The notes: generated from the letters alone by a model not told the origin. DNA of 64,000 nucleotides from Legionellales bacterium (GCA_026125385.1 JAHCLG010000013.1:3866-67865), one strand, 5' to 3'; positions 32,352 through 41,466 are shown, numbered from the stretch's first letter. Numbers and translations: made by a program.

Positions 32352-33125
32352 TTAATCGCTAAGAATGTCGACATTCACACAAAATTGATAGCCACCACCG
32401 CGCACGGTTTTTATCATTTCTGGATTTTTAGGATCAGTCTCGATTTTACGCCGTAATCGGCCTACTTGCACGTCAATGGTGCGATCAAAGGGACCTGCTT
32501 CGCGTTCCCGAGTTAAATCTAATAATTGATCACGAGTTAAAACTCGATGGGGGTTATTTACAAAGGCGATTAATAAATCAAATTCTCCCGCGGAAAGTGG
32601 CACGACGACGCCATCGGCGGCTTGTAAACGACGTTTATTCTGATCCAAAATCCAATTACGAAATTGAATACGGGGTAAAGGGATGAGTTTTCCATCGCTG
32701 GGGTTATCACTTAAAATAGCGTTGCGGGCACGGCGCAAAACCGCTTTAATTCGTGCTAATAATTGACGTGGGCTAAATGGTTTGGCGACAAAATCATCTG
32801 CACCGGTTTCTAAACCGGCAACGACATCCGCTTCACTGTTCATGGCAGTAAGCATGATAATAGGTGTTGTGAGTTTTTCGCGAATTTTTCGGCATAAACT
32901 AAAACCATCATCCCCAGGAAGCATAATATCTAATAAAATTAAATCCAATTTATCTTTCCCCAAAACCGCCAACATATCTTCGCCATGATGACACACGGTT
33001 ACGCGATAACTATGTTTTTCCAAAAATTCTCGTAAGAGTTGGCAAATTTCCAGATCATCATCAACGATGAGAATATGTAGGCGTTTATCCATGGTTTCAT
33101 CATAAGGTTTATTAACGGATGACAA
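32352..33125 (-). CDS. ompR: OmpR-family response regulator, close to OmpR itself
   Basis: Long stretches such as IIMLTAMNSEADVVAGLETGADDF..PF.PR.LLARIKAVLRR and LSAGEFDLL...RTIDVQVGRLRRKIE align almost residue-by-residue with E. coli OmpR from memory. Confidence 0.8.
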   Translation of the reverse strand: MSSVNKPYDETMDKRLHILIVDDDLEICQLLREFLEKHSYRVTVCHHGEDMLAVLGKDKLDLILLDIMLPGDDGFSLCRKIREKLTTPIIMLTAMNSEADVVAGLETGADDFVAKPFSPRQLLARIKAVLRRARNAILSDNPSDGKLIPLPRIQFRNWILDQNKRRLQAADGVVVPLSAGEFDLLIAFVNNPHRVLTRDQLLDLTREREAGPFDRTIDVQVGRLRRKIETDPKNPEMIKTVRGGGYQFCVNVDILSD

Positions 33126-33242
33126 GAATATACGGCACTTACGAGATTAAGAAAAGCGGTAATTTGCTGGAAATTCAAACTCTGTGATAATATTTGGCTA
33201 TGGTGTATTTGCAGTATTCTAAAAAATTACTGGAGAAAATTT

Positions 33243-34946
33243 TTGCCCCCTCACGCCCTCCCTTTAATTACTACGCTCGCGGCTGCATTTGGGTTAGCAT
33301 TGCTCTTTGGATTTATAGCGGCACGCTTAAAAATTCCCACTTTAGTCGGATATTTATTAGCAGGTATCGTGCTAGGACCATTCACGCCAGGATTTGTGGC
33401 TAACACCTCCATTGCACACGAATTATCTGAAATTGGTGTCATGTTATTAATGTTTGGTGTGGGACTGCATTTTTCTCTTAGCGATTTACTGACAGTGCGT
33501 AAAATCGCTGTGCCTGGTGCATTAATTCAAATTATTGTGGCCACGCTATTAGGGGTTGCTGTTGCTTTGCCTTGGGGATTTGGTTTGGGTGGTGCTTTAA
33601 TTTTTGGTTTAGCACTGTCGGTTGCCAGTACAGTGGTTTTATTGAGAGCGCTCGAAAGCCAAGGATTACTGGAATCCATTAACGGTAGAATTGCCGTGGG
33701 TTGGTTGGTCATTGAAGATCTTGTTATGGTCTTAGTATTGGTTCTATTACCACCGTTGGCAAAATTATTGGGTGGTGCTTCTCCCCATTTTCAAAGCAGC
33801 GATTCTCTCTGGTTGATTCTGGGGGTAACTCTGCTGAAAATTGCGCTCTTTATTACTTTAATGCTAGTGTTGGGACGGCGATTTTTCCCAAAATTATTGT
33901 GGTGGGTGGCAAGTAGTGGTTCACGCGAATTATTTACACTTAGTGTGATAGCGGCCGCGATTAGTATAGCTTACTTAGCTTCCATTTTATTTGGTGTTTC
34001 TTTTGCATTAGGGGCTTTTTTTGCAGGAATGATGATGCGCGGTTCCGATCTCAGTCATCGAGCTGCAGAAGAATCATTACCCTTTCGCGATGCATTTGCT
34101 GTATTATTTTTTGTTGCCGTTGGCATGCTATTTGATCCTAAAATATTAATTTTAGAACCATTCCACGTATTGGCAGTCGTGGGAATTATTATCATTGGTA
34201 AATCGCTTGCAGCTGCTATGCTCGTACTCTTTTTTCGCTATCCACTCAACACGGCTTTAACGGTTTCCGTAAGTCTCGCCCAAATAGGTGAATTTTCTTT
34301 TATTCTGGCAGGCCTTGGTGTTGCCCTCGGTTTATTACCCGTCAATGGACAAAATTTAATTTTAGCCGGCGCATTAATTTCAATCGCAGTTAATCCTTTT
34401 ATTTTTGCCGCAGTGAATCCATTTTTAAATTGGCTACGCAAGCACTCGGCATTAGCGCGAAAATTTGAACGCGCAGCAGATCCTTTAACCGAATTACCCA
34501 TGACTACAGCGCCAAAATTTTTATCAGAACAAATTGTATTAGTGGGTTATGGTGATCGTGTGGGAAGCCGGATTGCACAAGCTTTTATTCAAGAGGATAT
34601 TCCTTATGTCGTAGTTGATCAAAATCGTGAATTAGTTGAAGAATTAAGAAATCAAGATATTGCGGTGGTATCAGGCGACGCAGCAGAACCGAGTGTGTTA
34701 ATTCAAGCTCATATTGCACGCGCAAAGTTAATGGTAATCGCATTACCTAATACCTTGCATGTGCAAAGAATGATTGAAATAGCGCGTATGCTGAATCCTA
34801 AAATTGAAATTGTCGTGCGCACGCATTTTGAGGAAGAAGCTGAACGTTTAGAAAAACAAGCGCGTGTAAAAGCATTTTTAGGAGAAAAAGAACTCGCACA
34901 TAGCATGAGTCACTATGCTTTAACCTACTGGAAAACTGAACATTAA
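33243..34946 (+). CDS. KefB/KefC-family monovalent cation:proton antiporter (CPA2) with C-terminal TrkA-N domain
   Basis: Na+/H+-exchanger membrane domain (LGYLLAGIVLGP) plus a Rossmann KTN domain (VLVGYGDRVG). Exact start uncertain. Confidence 0.75.
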   Translation: MPPHALPLITTLAAAFGLALLFGFIAARLKIPTLVGYLLAGIVLGPFTPGFVANTSIAHELSEIGVMLLMFGVGLHFSLSDLLTVRKIAVPGALIQIIVATLLGVAVALPWGFGLGGALIFGLALSVASTVVLLRALESQGLLESINGRIAVGWLVIEDLVMVLVLVLLPPLAKLLGGASPHFQSSDSLWLILGVTLLKIALFITLMLVLGRRFFPKLLWWVASSGSRELFTLSVIAAAISIAYLASILFGVSFALGAFFAGMMMRGSDLSHRAAEESLPFRDAFAVLFFVAVGMLFDPKILILEPFHVLAVVGIIIIGKSLAAAMLVLFFRYPLNTALTVSVSLAQIGEFSFILAGLGVALGLLPVNGQNLILAGALISIAVNPFIFAAVNPFLNWLRKHSALARKFERAADPLTELPMTTAPKFLSEQIVLVGYGDRVGSRIAQAFIQEDIPYVVVDQNRELVEELRNQDIAVVSGDAAEPSVLIQAHIARAKLMVIALPNTLHVQRMIEIARMLNPKIEIVVRTHFEEEAERLEKQARVKAFLGEKELAHSMSHYALTYWKTEH

Positions 34947-35103
34947 CAATGTAACGATCTTGTTACCAAAAATAGTGACGCTGACATTTTGAAGTTACTC
35001 GCAAATTTTATACTATTCCCATACTCAATTGAGTAACCCATAATTCCACCCCATAGGATTATGGGGACATTAACGTGTCAAATGTAAAGTGTGCTGGTAA
35101 AAT

Positions 35104-35141
35104 GGGGGAGAACAATGCTGCGTATCTCCCCCGTTTTTTTT
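35104..35141 (+). terminator. intrinsic terminator-like hairpin (GGGGGAGA / TCTCCCCC, 13-nt loop, T8)
   Basis: Perfect 8-bp GC-rich stem followed by 8 T. Lies between the kefB-like gene and the convergent small gene, and could act in both directions. Confidence 0.5.
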
Positions 35142-35159
35142 GCGGATTAAAATACTTTT

Positions 35160-35414
35160 CTATTCCTTTAAAATGCCTTCTTGATCAGCTTCAAAATTTA
35201 ATTCTCGAATATAATCTTGAATTAATTTTGCCGAAATAGCTAATTTTTGCGAGGCTTGCGAACACTCGGAAAAATATTGTTTTGATGCCTTGTCGTTAAA
35301 ATTAGCTTGCGGTTCAATGGCTGCTAATAATTGAGAAATAATAGCACTTAATTCTGAAATCACTTCTGCCAGTGGCAACAGATCATGTGCGACTTTTTTA
35401 ATGGTACGGGTCAT
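35160..35414 (-). CDS. hypothetical small protein (84 aa)
   Basis: ORF directly downstream of the XRE/S24 repressor on the same strand. No motif recognised. Confidence 0.4.
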   Translation of the reverse strand: MTRTIKKVAHDLLPLAEVISELSAIISQLLAAIEPQANFNDKASKQYFSECSQASQKLAISAKLIQDYIRELNFEADQEGILKE

Positions 35415-35440
35415 GTGGTTTCCTTTTACAAAATATCATA

Positions 35441-36085
35441 TTATCCATTCCTCGAACGTTTCCAACATTCTCGATAGACGCCAATAATCATCACTTCATC
35501 GTGTAATTTTAATTTGTTAGGGTGATTTAACGGTGAACTTAAAATAAGATGATCATTCATCTTGTGTGCAAAGCGAATTAATATCTCATTAGCTGGGCGC
35601 GTATATGCCAAGATAATTTCGCCATCGTTAAAATGAAGCAGTTGTTCGAATATAATCATATCGCCTACTTCAAATTTTGGCGCCCATTCATGGCTAGTCA
35701 CATAAATGCTTATGGAATTATTTTCATACACTTGGGAGGTGATGATAAAGTTATTCGTGGTTAGTGATTTTTTTTCGTTACTTTGATAATACATGCGCAG
35801 TTGATCGGGGTAATATAAGGGTACGCGGTAGGTTTTGATTGACGTATTTTCTTGATGAATTTCACCTTGTCCAGTGGCTAGCCAAGTTTCATTCACATTC
35901 AAATATTCTGCAATTTTTTTCGCATTTTTAGAAAATTTAACATCATTATTGAGAATATAGTGCAATCCAGAAGGTGACAACCCCAGTTTTTCCGCCATAT
36001 GCGATTGTTTAACCCCCATGGTATCAACGAGATACTTGAGGCGTTTCGATACACTGTCTAGATTGTCGAGCTTTTCGGAGGTCAT
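35441..36085 (-). CDS. XRE-HTH / S24 (LexA/CI-like) two-domain repressor
   Basis: N-terminal HTH (QSHMAEKLGLSPSGLHYILN). C-terminal S24-like beta domain. GDM appears in place of the canonical GDSM, so autocleavage is uncertain. Confidence 0.6.
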   Translation of the reverse strand: MTSEKLDNLDSVSKRLKYLVDTMGVKQSHMAEKLGLSPSGLHYILNNDVKFSKNAKKIAEYLNVNETWLATGQGEIHQENTSIKTYRVPLYYPDQLRMYYQSNEKKSLTTNNFIITSQVYENNSISIYVTSHEWAPKFEVGDMIIFEQLLHFNDGEIILAYTRPANEILIRFAHKMNDHLILSSPLNHPNKLKLHDEVMIIGVYRECWKRSRNG

Positions 36086-36130
36086 TAGTGTTTAGCTCTC
36101 TCACCGGAAAAGCGGTAGCATAACAGTAAC

Positions 36131-36144
36131 TGAATAATTATTCA
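36131..36144. promoter_or_regulatory. perfect 14-bp palindrome TGAATAATTATTCA (operator candidate)
   Basis: Lies in the divergent intergenic region between the repressor and the 90-aa ORF. A related site GAATAAATATTC is at 36245-36257, and there are several TTCGAA cores. Confidence 0.4.
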
Positions 36145-36306
36145 AATTATATTAAAATTTTGGTGTTGAAATTTCGAAACCGTTCTATATTCGAATAAAA
36201 TTGCTATTTGTCGCGTTATAACTTGAAAATTACGCTTGACTTCGAATAAATATTCAGTATTATGTCACTGTCTTTTCGAATTTTTAGTTAGAGATAGGGG
36301 TAGTCA

Positions 36307-36579
36307 ATGCAATCTGTCGATGAACAACCAGTCAATCACCAAGCCATTCCGTTAGCGCGTTTTAAAATTGTGAAGCATTATTATGATCAATCCATTGCTC
36401 GCGTAATGTTGTACGATCATGAAAATGCGCAAACTCATTTGTTGACATTGCCAGAACTCGTGCAGCACGATGATTTTCTCACTAGTCTCAACGCAACGGA
36501 TTTACGCATCGTGATGTCGATGTGGGTCGATTATGAAATATTACAGGAACGTCAAGCCATTCGCGATCTTATTCATTAA
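36307..36579 (+). CDS. hypothetical protein (90 aa), divergent from the repressor
   Basis: ORF with a plausible start. Followed by a 12-bp inverted repeat (GAGCAATTACCA/TGGTAATTGCTC at 36633-36684) and then a T7 run. Confidence 0.45.
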   Translation: MQSVDEQPVNHQAIPLARFKIVKHYYDQSIARVMLYDHENAQTHLLTLPELVQHDDFLTSLNATDLRIVMSMWVDYEILQERQAIRDLIH

Positions 36580-36833
36580 CGTAAATATTTTTCAGACGAG
36601 CAGAAAATTCCTGGCTTGCTATTTTCTGATAAGAGCAATTACCACGTTTATTAATACGTTCTCTGTGTGTTATGGTAATTGCTCGTTTTTTTGATAGTTT
36701 CAAAAGTGCAAACTGCAGTTATTCAAAAGGATTAAAAGTAATGGAGAATCATTATTCTAGTAAATTATTGTAATATTTTCACCATATTTGGTTTTTTTTC
36801 TCTCTCTGATTTAATATATTAGATTTTTGTATG

Positions 36834-37934
36834 CTATATATTCCCGCATATTTTACATGACGACATTTTTTCCCAGGTTTCCTTTACAAGTAATTTATTA
36901 GATTGAAAATCATAAACAATCAGATTACCTAAGGCGTTCGGAGCAAGAATATCAGTAGTGATTTTTATAAACTCAGATAACATCAATCCTGTTAGAATAG
37001 ATACTAAAGGTGCAATTGTTATATTCGGAATTCTGGAGCTCACAAAATTATCATTTTCTATGAAATCTAAGAATAATGTTCCTGACTCTCTGGCAGAATT
37101 CTTCCAGCATTCAATACACCCGCTTTTCCCTGGTATGACTGAATAAAAGAAGCAATATTTCCAATCTAAAGCACCACAAATAAAAGGGACTTTTTCATTG
37201 ATGCAGGCCTGGTTTACCCAGTTTAGGATTTGGTTTCTGGGTTGATCAATAACACTAATAACAAACTCTTGGCCAGATATAATATTGGAAACGTCATCAT
37301 TCGATGATATTTTAATATTAATAAAATTTAGTTTTGCATTAGGCAAAAATGCTTTTATTTTTCTTTTTGCAATATCAACTTTGCGTAGACCCACATCAGA
37401 TTCATCGTATATTATTTGTCTATTGAGATTTGATAACTCGATTTTATCAAAATCTACGGCTTGTATTTGATGTATACCTAATGCTGCAAGTTCATAAAGT
37501 ATATGGGAACCAGCTCCACCGAGCCCTAATAGTGTAACTTTAGTATTTTGTAGTTTTTTTTGATAATTAAATTTATTATGACTAGAAGATGTGTAGGCGC
37601 CAAAAAATTCAATATTTCGTTCCCAGCGTTCAATCTCATAGGGTGAAAATTCTTTACTATTTAGAATGACATTGTCTTCTAGTAAATAAGCTTTATCAAG
37701 TGATGTCAGCAGGTCATTTAAATATGATACTTCTTTTGGATGAGTGTGATTAAGGATTTCTTCTATTTCTTTGACAGTTTTTTTGCCATCCAGTAGCTGG
37801 CATACCGTTTTGATAAAACCTTTACTATCACCCAGCTCTATGGCTGTTCCCGGACTTTTAAAAAAATATATTTTATCTTCAGATGTGTAATATTCAACCA
37901 TAGCCTTTAGTATTGGCCGACTAGTGTTTTTCAT
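36834..37934 (-). CDS. ThiF/MoeB/MccB-like E1 adenylyltransferase with N-terminal RRE (RiPP recognition element)-like domain
   Basis: The N-terminal roughly 120 aa show a PqqD/RRE-like pattern (LLDGKKTVKEIEEIL...DLLTSLDKAYLL). This is followed by the E1 P-loop LLGLGGAGS and DFDKIELSNLNRQ. The C-terminus has CxxC pairs (CIECW, CKICG), a Zn tetrathiolate arrangement as in MoeB/MccB. Confidence 0.7.
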   Translation of the reverse strand: MKNTSRPILKAMVEYYTSEDKIYFFKSPGTAIELGDSKGFIKTVCQLLDGKKTVKEIEEILNHTHPKEVSYLNDLLTSLDKAYLLEDNVILNSKEFSPYEIERWERNIEFFGAYTSSSHNKFNYQKKLQNTKVTLLGLGGAGSHILYELAALGIHQIQAVDFDKIELSNLNRQIIYDESDVGLRKVDIAKRKIKAFLPNAKLNFINIKISSNDDVSNIISGQEFVISVIDQPRNQILNWVNQACINEKVPFICGALDWKYCFFYSVIPGKSGCIECWKNSARESGTLFLDFIENDNFVSSRIPNITIAPLVSILTGLMLSEFIKITTDILAPNALGNLIVYDFQSNKLLVKETWEKMSSCKICGNI

Positions 37935-37958
37935 AATTTTTCACTTAGAGCAAATTGA

Positions 37959-38018
37959 TTACGCTACTTGAGCTGTACCCGCTATACTTATATCAATTTC
38001 TTTTATTTCGAAACTCAT
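37959..38018 (-). CDS. 19-codon ORF MSFEIKEIDISIAGTAQVA, candidate precursor/substrate peptide
   Basis: GAGGTG Shine-Dalgarno exactly 6 nt upstream of the ATG. Stops 24 nt before the E1-like gene on the same strand. Confidence 0.4.
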   Translation of the reverse strand: MSFEIKEIDISIAGTAQVA

Positions 38019-38233
38019 TTCTCACACCTCTTCATTTATTCAATAGATGACATATTAGCATAAGACTTGCAACTGAACAATTGATGTATATTGAATGGCT
38101 CTCTGGCGTTTCCCTAACAAATAAAAGCTTTTATGATTGGTTAAAGTATGGTAATTTACTGCATAGTATGTTTTTTACTATAAAAAACAATTCGTGAATT
38201 TCCTTCGCAATTATAAATGGTAGATACCACTCG

Positions 38234-39676
38234 ATGCTTAAGTGTTTTAAATTTATTTTATGTGTTTTGGCAACCCTAAGTTATTTATGTGGTAGCGCCG
38301 CTGGGTTAACCATCCCTCTTGGAAATAATAAAGTTTCACTTGATCCATCCTATGCTTTGGATGTATTGAGTTTATTTGTTGCGAGACAAATTAATTGTCA
38401 ACTGATACGCAACCAGAATGGTAATTACAAATTAGAAGCGGCAGAGTCTCTTAAATTTATATCTCCTACAGAATTACAAATAGTATTAAATAAAAATGCA
38501 AAATTTACTGATGGTTCTCCCGTAACAACATATGACGTCTTAGCAAGTTTTAATTATATAAAAAAATATCGAGCATTTTATCGAAATTTTTTTTCATGGA
38601 TTAATGATATTAAAATCATAGATCAAACAAAGTTATTAATCCGTTTGAAAAAACCTGCCCCGCAACTTTTAAATATGCTTGCATCACCAATTTATTCAAT
38701 ATATAAAAAATCTTTTTTAGCCAGAGCAGAAAAAAATAAATCTCTTTGGCATAACCCAATTGGTTGTGGTGGGTATAAAATACTGAAGTTTACAAAAAAG
38801 GAAATCCAGCTTGAACCAATACATAAGGGATTGCCAATTAAGTTTGTTTTTAATAATGAAAATCAAATATCGTCTGCTGATATTGATAAATATGATTTAA
38901 TCACATTGAAAGTTAGCCAAAACTTAAAGAAGTTGTCTAATTTCCAGGATATAAAAATATTTGATCCGTCACAGCTTTATGTCGGGTTAAATGTTTCTAA
39001 ACCTATTTGGAGTAACAAAAGCACACGATGCTCTTTTCTTTCAAAAATTGATGATAATGATTTAAAAAAATTATATGGTGACTCTGGAATTATAGCTAAT
39101 GATTTCCTACCTCAAGGTACTCTGGGGTATAATAAGAACTTCAATTTTGCAGCAATAATTCATGCTAACACTGAAGATTATTCGTCCTTAAAAATCACAA
39201 AGGATATATGCGTCGCATATATAGGGATTAGTATACCTAAAGATCTTATAAAAGGTTATCTAGATACTATAGAAAAAATTTCACCTCGCATTAAGCTTTT
39301 ATCAATTTCAAATCCTAGTAAATTTGCTCCAATTTTCTTAAAGAAAAAATGCGATATAATTATTTTTAGCTTAAAATCTAGTTATTATGATGGTTATGAA
39401 TATTTAGATGTATTCGCAGATAAAGATGAAAATTTCACTGGAATTCATGACGAAGATCTTATTTCTAAAATAAAAAAGAGCCAATACGTTACCGATTTAA
39501 ATAAGCGCGCAATGCAATATCAAAAAATTATTAATAATATTGCAAATAAATGCTATATAAGACCATTGATCACGGTCCCAATGAGAGATATTTATGTGAA
39601 AAATATATTTAATGCTCCTGGTATTTCTATAGGTCCATATGCCGAGTATTACCTTGGAAATATTGCTTTAAAATAG
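38234..39676 (+). CDS. family-5 (peptide/nickel type) periplasmic solute-binding protein, orphan
   Basis: Signal peptide plus an SBP_bac_5-like N-terminus (KFTDGSPVTTYDVLASFNYIKK). No adjacent ABC permease or ATPase. Confidence 0.6.
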   Translation: MLKCFKFILCVLATLSYLCGSAAGLTIPLGNNKVSLDPSYALDVLSLFVARQINCQLIRNQNGNYKLEAAESLKFISPTELQIVLNKNAKFTDGSPVTTYDVLASFNYIKKYRAFYRNFFSWINDIKIIDQTKLLIRLKKPAPQLLNMLASPIYSIYKKSFLARAEKNKSLWHNPIGCGGYKILKFTKKEIQLEPIHKGLPIKFVFNNENQISSADIDKYDLITLKVSQNLKKLSNFQDIKIFDPSQLYVGLNVSKPIWSNKSTRCSFLSKIDDNDLKKLYGDSGIIANDFLPQGTLGYNKNFNFAAIIHANTEDYSSLKITKDICVAYIGISIPKDLIKGYLDTIEKISPRIKLLSISNPSKFAPIFLKKKCDIIIFSLKSSYYDGYEYLDVFADKDENFTGIHDEDLISKIKKSQYVTDLNKRAMQYQKIINNIANKCYIRPLITVPMRDIYVKNIFNAPGISIGPYAEYYLGNIALK

Positions 39677-39683
39677 TTATTAA

Positions 39684-39945
39684 TACCCATATTGAGCTAC
39701 CCTCTGATTAAAAAATCGAATTTATTCTGAACAAATTAGTAAAATTTTGCTTACATTAATGTTGTTTAAACCCTTTCTCACTGGATCCATTAACTTTCAC
39801 TCTACTAACTGCTTCTATGAGTGATCAATTTGCACGATCTTCATTTCTACGAGCAATATAACTTTCTTAGAAAGACTCTAAGTTAATGTTTTTTTTATAT
39901 TTAATAAAATCAATTTTTTATGAAGTGGGGTAGCTCAATGTGGGT
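39684..39945. repeat. MITE-like segment bounded by 19-bp imperfect inverted repeats (TACCCATATTGAGCTACCC ... GGGTAGCTCAATGTGGGTT)
   Basis: Inverted repeats at 39684-39702 and 39927-39945 match 17 of 19. They flank about 225 bp in the convergent gap between the SBP and MATE genes. Confidence 0.35.
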
Positions 39946-40027
39946 TAATATATGATACGCGTAAATTTTGTTTTTAATGGCTTTTCATGTATGCTTAAAT
40001 CGGGAAATTTTAATCTCGGTTCAATAT

Positions 40028-41380
40028 TCAAACTAAGGATTTCCCATATCGTTTTTCAAGTTTCAAAATATCCTTGTAACACAAAATAGCAAATACTGTT
40101 GAGAATAAGGTCATTATTAATCCAAATGTTTTAGGCGTTGCATGAATAAATAAGATAAACACTTCTGTGATACCAATTAAAATTAATATTTCAGTTAGAA
40201 AATAATTTTTTGTAACCATATGGCTATTTTTTGTGGCACGTAAAGGCACAGTGAATCCGTTGCCTATTTGTGCAATAAACGAACTTCCCAAAAAAATAAT
40301 TACATATTGCATTTGATCAGGATTGGGGATATAACCATACACTAATTTAAATAAAGGTGACACGTAGAGTAAAGAGATCGTTAAGAACAACGAAGTTGGA
40401 ATGATGCCTGTATAAAAATATATTGGCCACCATGTGACATTTTCGTTACATTCTTGAGAAAAAGTTTGTGACGCTTCTCTAATTGCTATTTGCATTGCTG
40501 CAACAAATGGCATGCAAATAATAAATGCTAATTGTAATGTTAGTTGATAGGTAACTAAAAAATTTGAAGAACTTATAAAATAGACAAATTGCAAAGCAAG
40601 AATAAAAGGTGTAATCCCTCTTATTAAATAAACACCTAGTTCGCCCCACCATACTTTCATAATCATAGGCAAAGGATATTTATCCCAGCCCATTCTATTT
40701 TTTGATAGAAAATAAAGTCCAGAAGAAATAGCTAGGATATATAATATAGTAGTAGAGGATATTAATATTATCATTGGATAATAAATAGAATTTACTGTGG
40801 TACTTCCGTGAAAATAGTAACTAACAATCTGACTATCTATAATAATATTTAAAATAACTAGAACAAAAGCTATTTTCATACTAAAATTTTGTTTTTTAGA
40901 AGCAACTAATATACCATCGACGGTGCAATAAAGTGTTTGAAGAATCATATTTATGAGGCCAATTCGTAGATATGCTATTGCTAAGGGAATATAAGATGTT
41001 TGAACTTTACAAAACGTTACAAATTGATATGAAAATACCCCTGCGGTAATGGCTATGCATAGCGCAATTGTTCCTGATAAAAGTAAATGATTAATGAGTA
41101 CTGAGCCTTCCTTACCTTTACATTCTTCACGGTTAAAGAATACTAGACAACTTATATAAGTTGCTAATCCAATGAATTGTCCAAAAGTAATAAATACATA
41201 CTGTAAATTATGTATATATAGTGCTGATTGACCTAAAACGGCAATATATCGATTATCAATTATAGGGAAAAATCTCTGAAATATTTGTGAAAAAACGATG
41301 GGTAATAGAAGAATAAAATGATGTTGCAAATTCTCTGGTTTTTGAAAGCATTTTTTTATAATAGCTGTAAATAATTCCAT
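40028..41380 (-). CDS. MATE/MOP-family efflux transporter
   Basis: 450 aa, about 12 TM segments. MATE-like N-terminal pattern PIVFSQIFQRFFPIIDNRYIAVLGQSALY. Confidence 0.6.
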   Translation of the reverse strand: MELFTAIIKKCFQKPENLQHHFILLLPIVFSQIFQRFFPIIDNRYIAVLGQSALYIHNLQYVFITFGQFIGLATYISCLVFFNREECKGKEGSVLINHLLLSGTIALCIAITAGVFSYQFVTFCKVQTSYIPLAIAYLRIGLINMILQTLYCTVDGILVASKKQNFSMKIAFVLVILNIIIDSQIVSYYFHGSTTVNSIYYPMIILISSTTILYILAISSGLYFLSKNRMGWDKYPLPMIMKVWWGELGVYLIRGITPFILALQFVYFISSSNFLVTYQLTLQLAFIICMPFVAAMQIAIREASQTFSQECNENVTWWPIYFYTGIIPTSLFLTISLLYVSPLFKLVYGYIPNPDQMQYVIIFLGSSFIAQIGNGFTVPLRATKNSHMVTKNYFLTEILILIGITEVFILFIHATPKTFGLIMTLFSTVFAILCYKDILKLEKRYGKSLV

Positions 41381-41407
41381 AGATTAAACCTTCTTTCCAT
41401 TAATATC

Positions 41408-41466
41408 TACTTCTTCGTGTCTTTAACTCTGCGCCTCGCCTAGAATCCAATTGCTTTGAGTAAATA
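41408..41466. repeat. copy of a dispersed 60-70 bp repeat (other copies at 8641-8709 and 48380-48449)
   Basis: The sequence CTTCGTGTCTTTAACTCTGCGCCTCGCCTAGAATCCAATTGCTTTGAGTA aligns at about 85% with the other copies. Confidence 0.5.

Noticed and set aside
32352-33125. Calling the OmpR-family regulator PmrA (to pair with the PmrA-box-like motif)
   Set aside because: Its sequence tracks E. coli OmpR very closely and its partner has an EnvZ-type H-box. It is safer called ompR/envZ-like. PmrA, if present, is elsewhere.
35049-35066. Small hairpin CCCCATA-ggat-TATGGGG downstream of kefB as a terminator
   Set aside because: No U-tract follows. The stronger GGGGGAGA/TCTCCCCC-T8 structure at 35104-35141 is the better terminator candidate.
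38085-38198. 37-codon plus-strand ORF (MYIEWLSGVSLTNKSFYDWLKYGNLLHSMFFTIKNNS) and other tiny ORFs (MENHYSSKLL at 36740; MSDQFARSSFLRAI at 39817) as precursor peptides
   Set aside because: No Shine-Dalgarno and no positional logic. They are kept only as low-priority alternatives to the 19-mer at 37959-38018.
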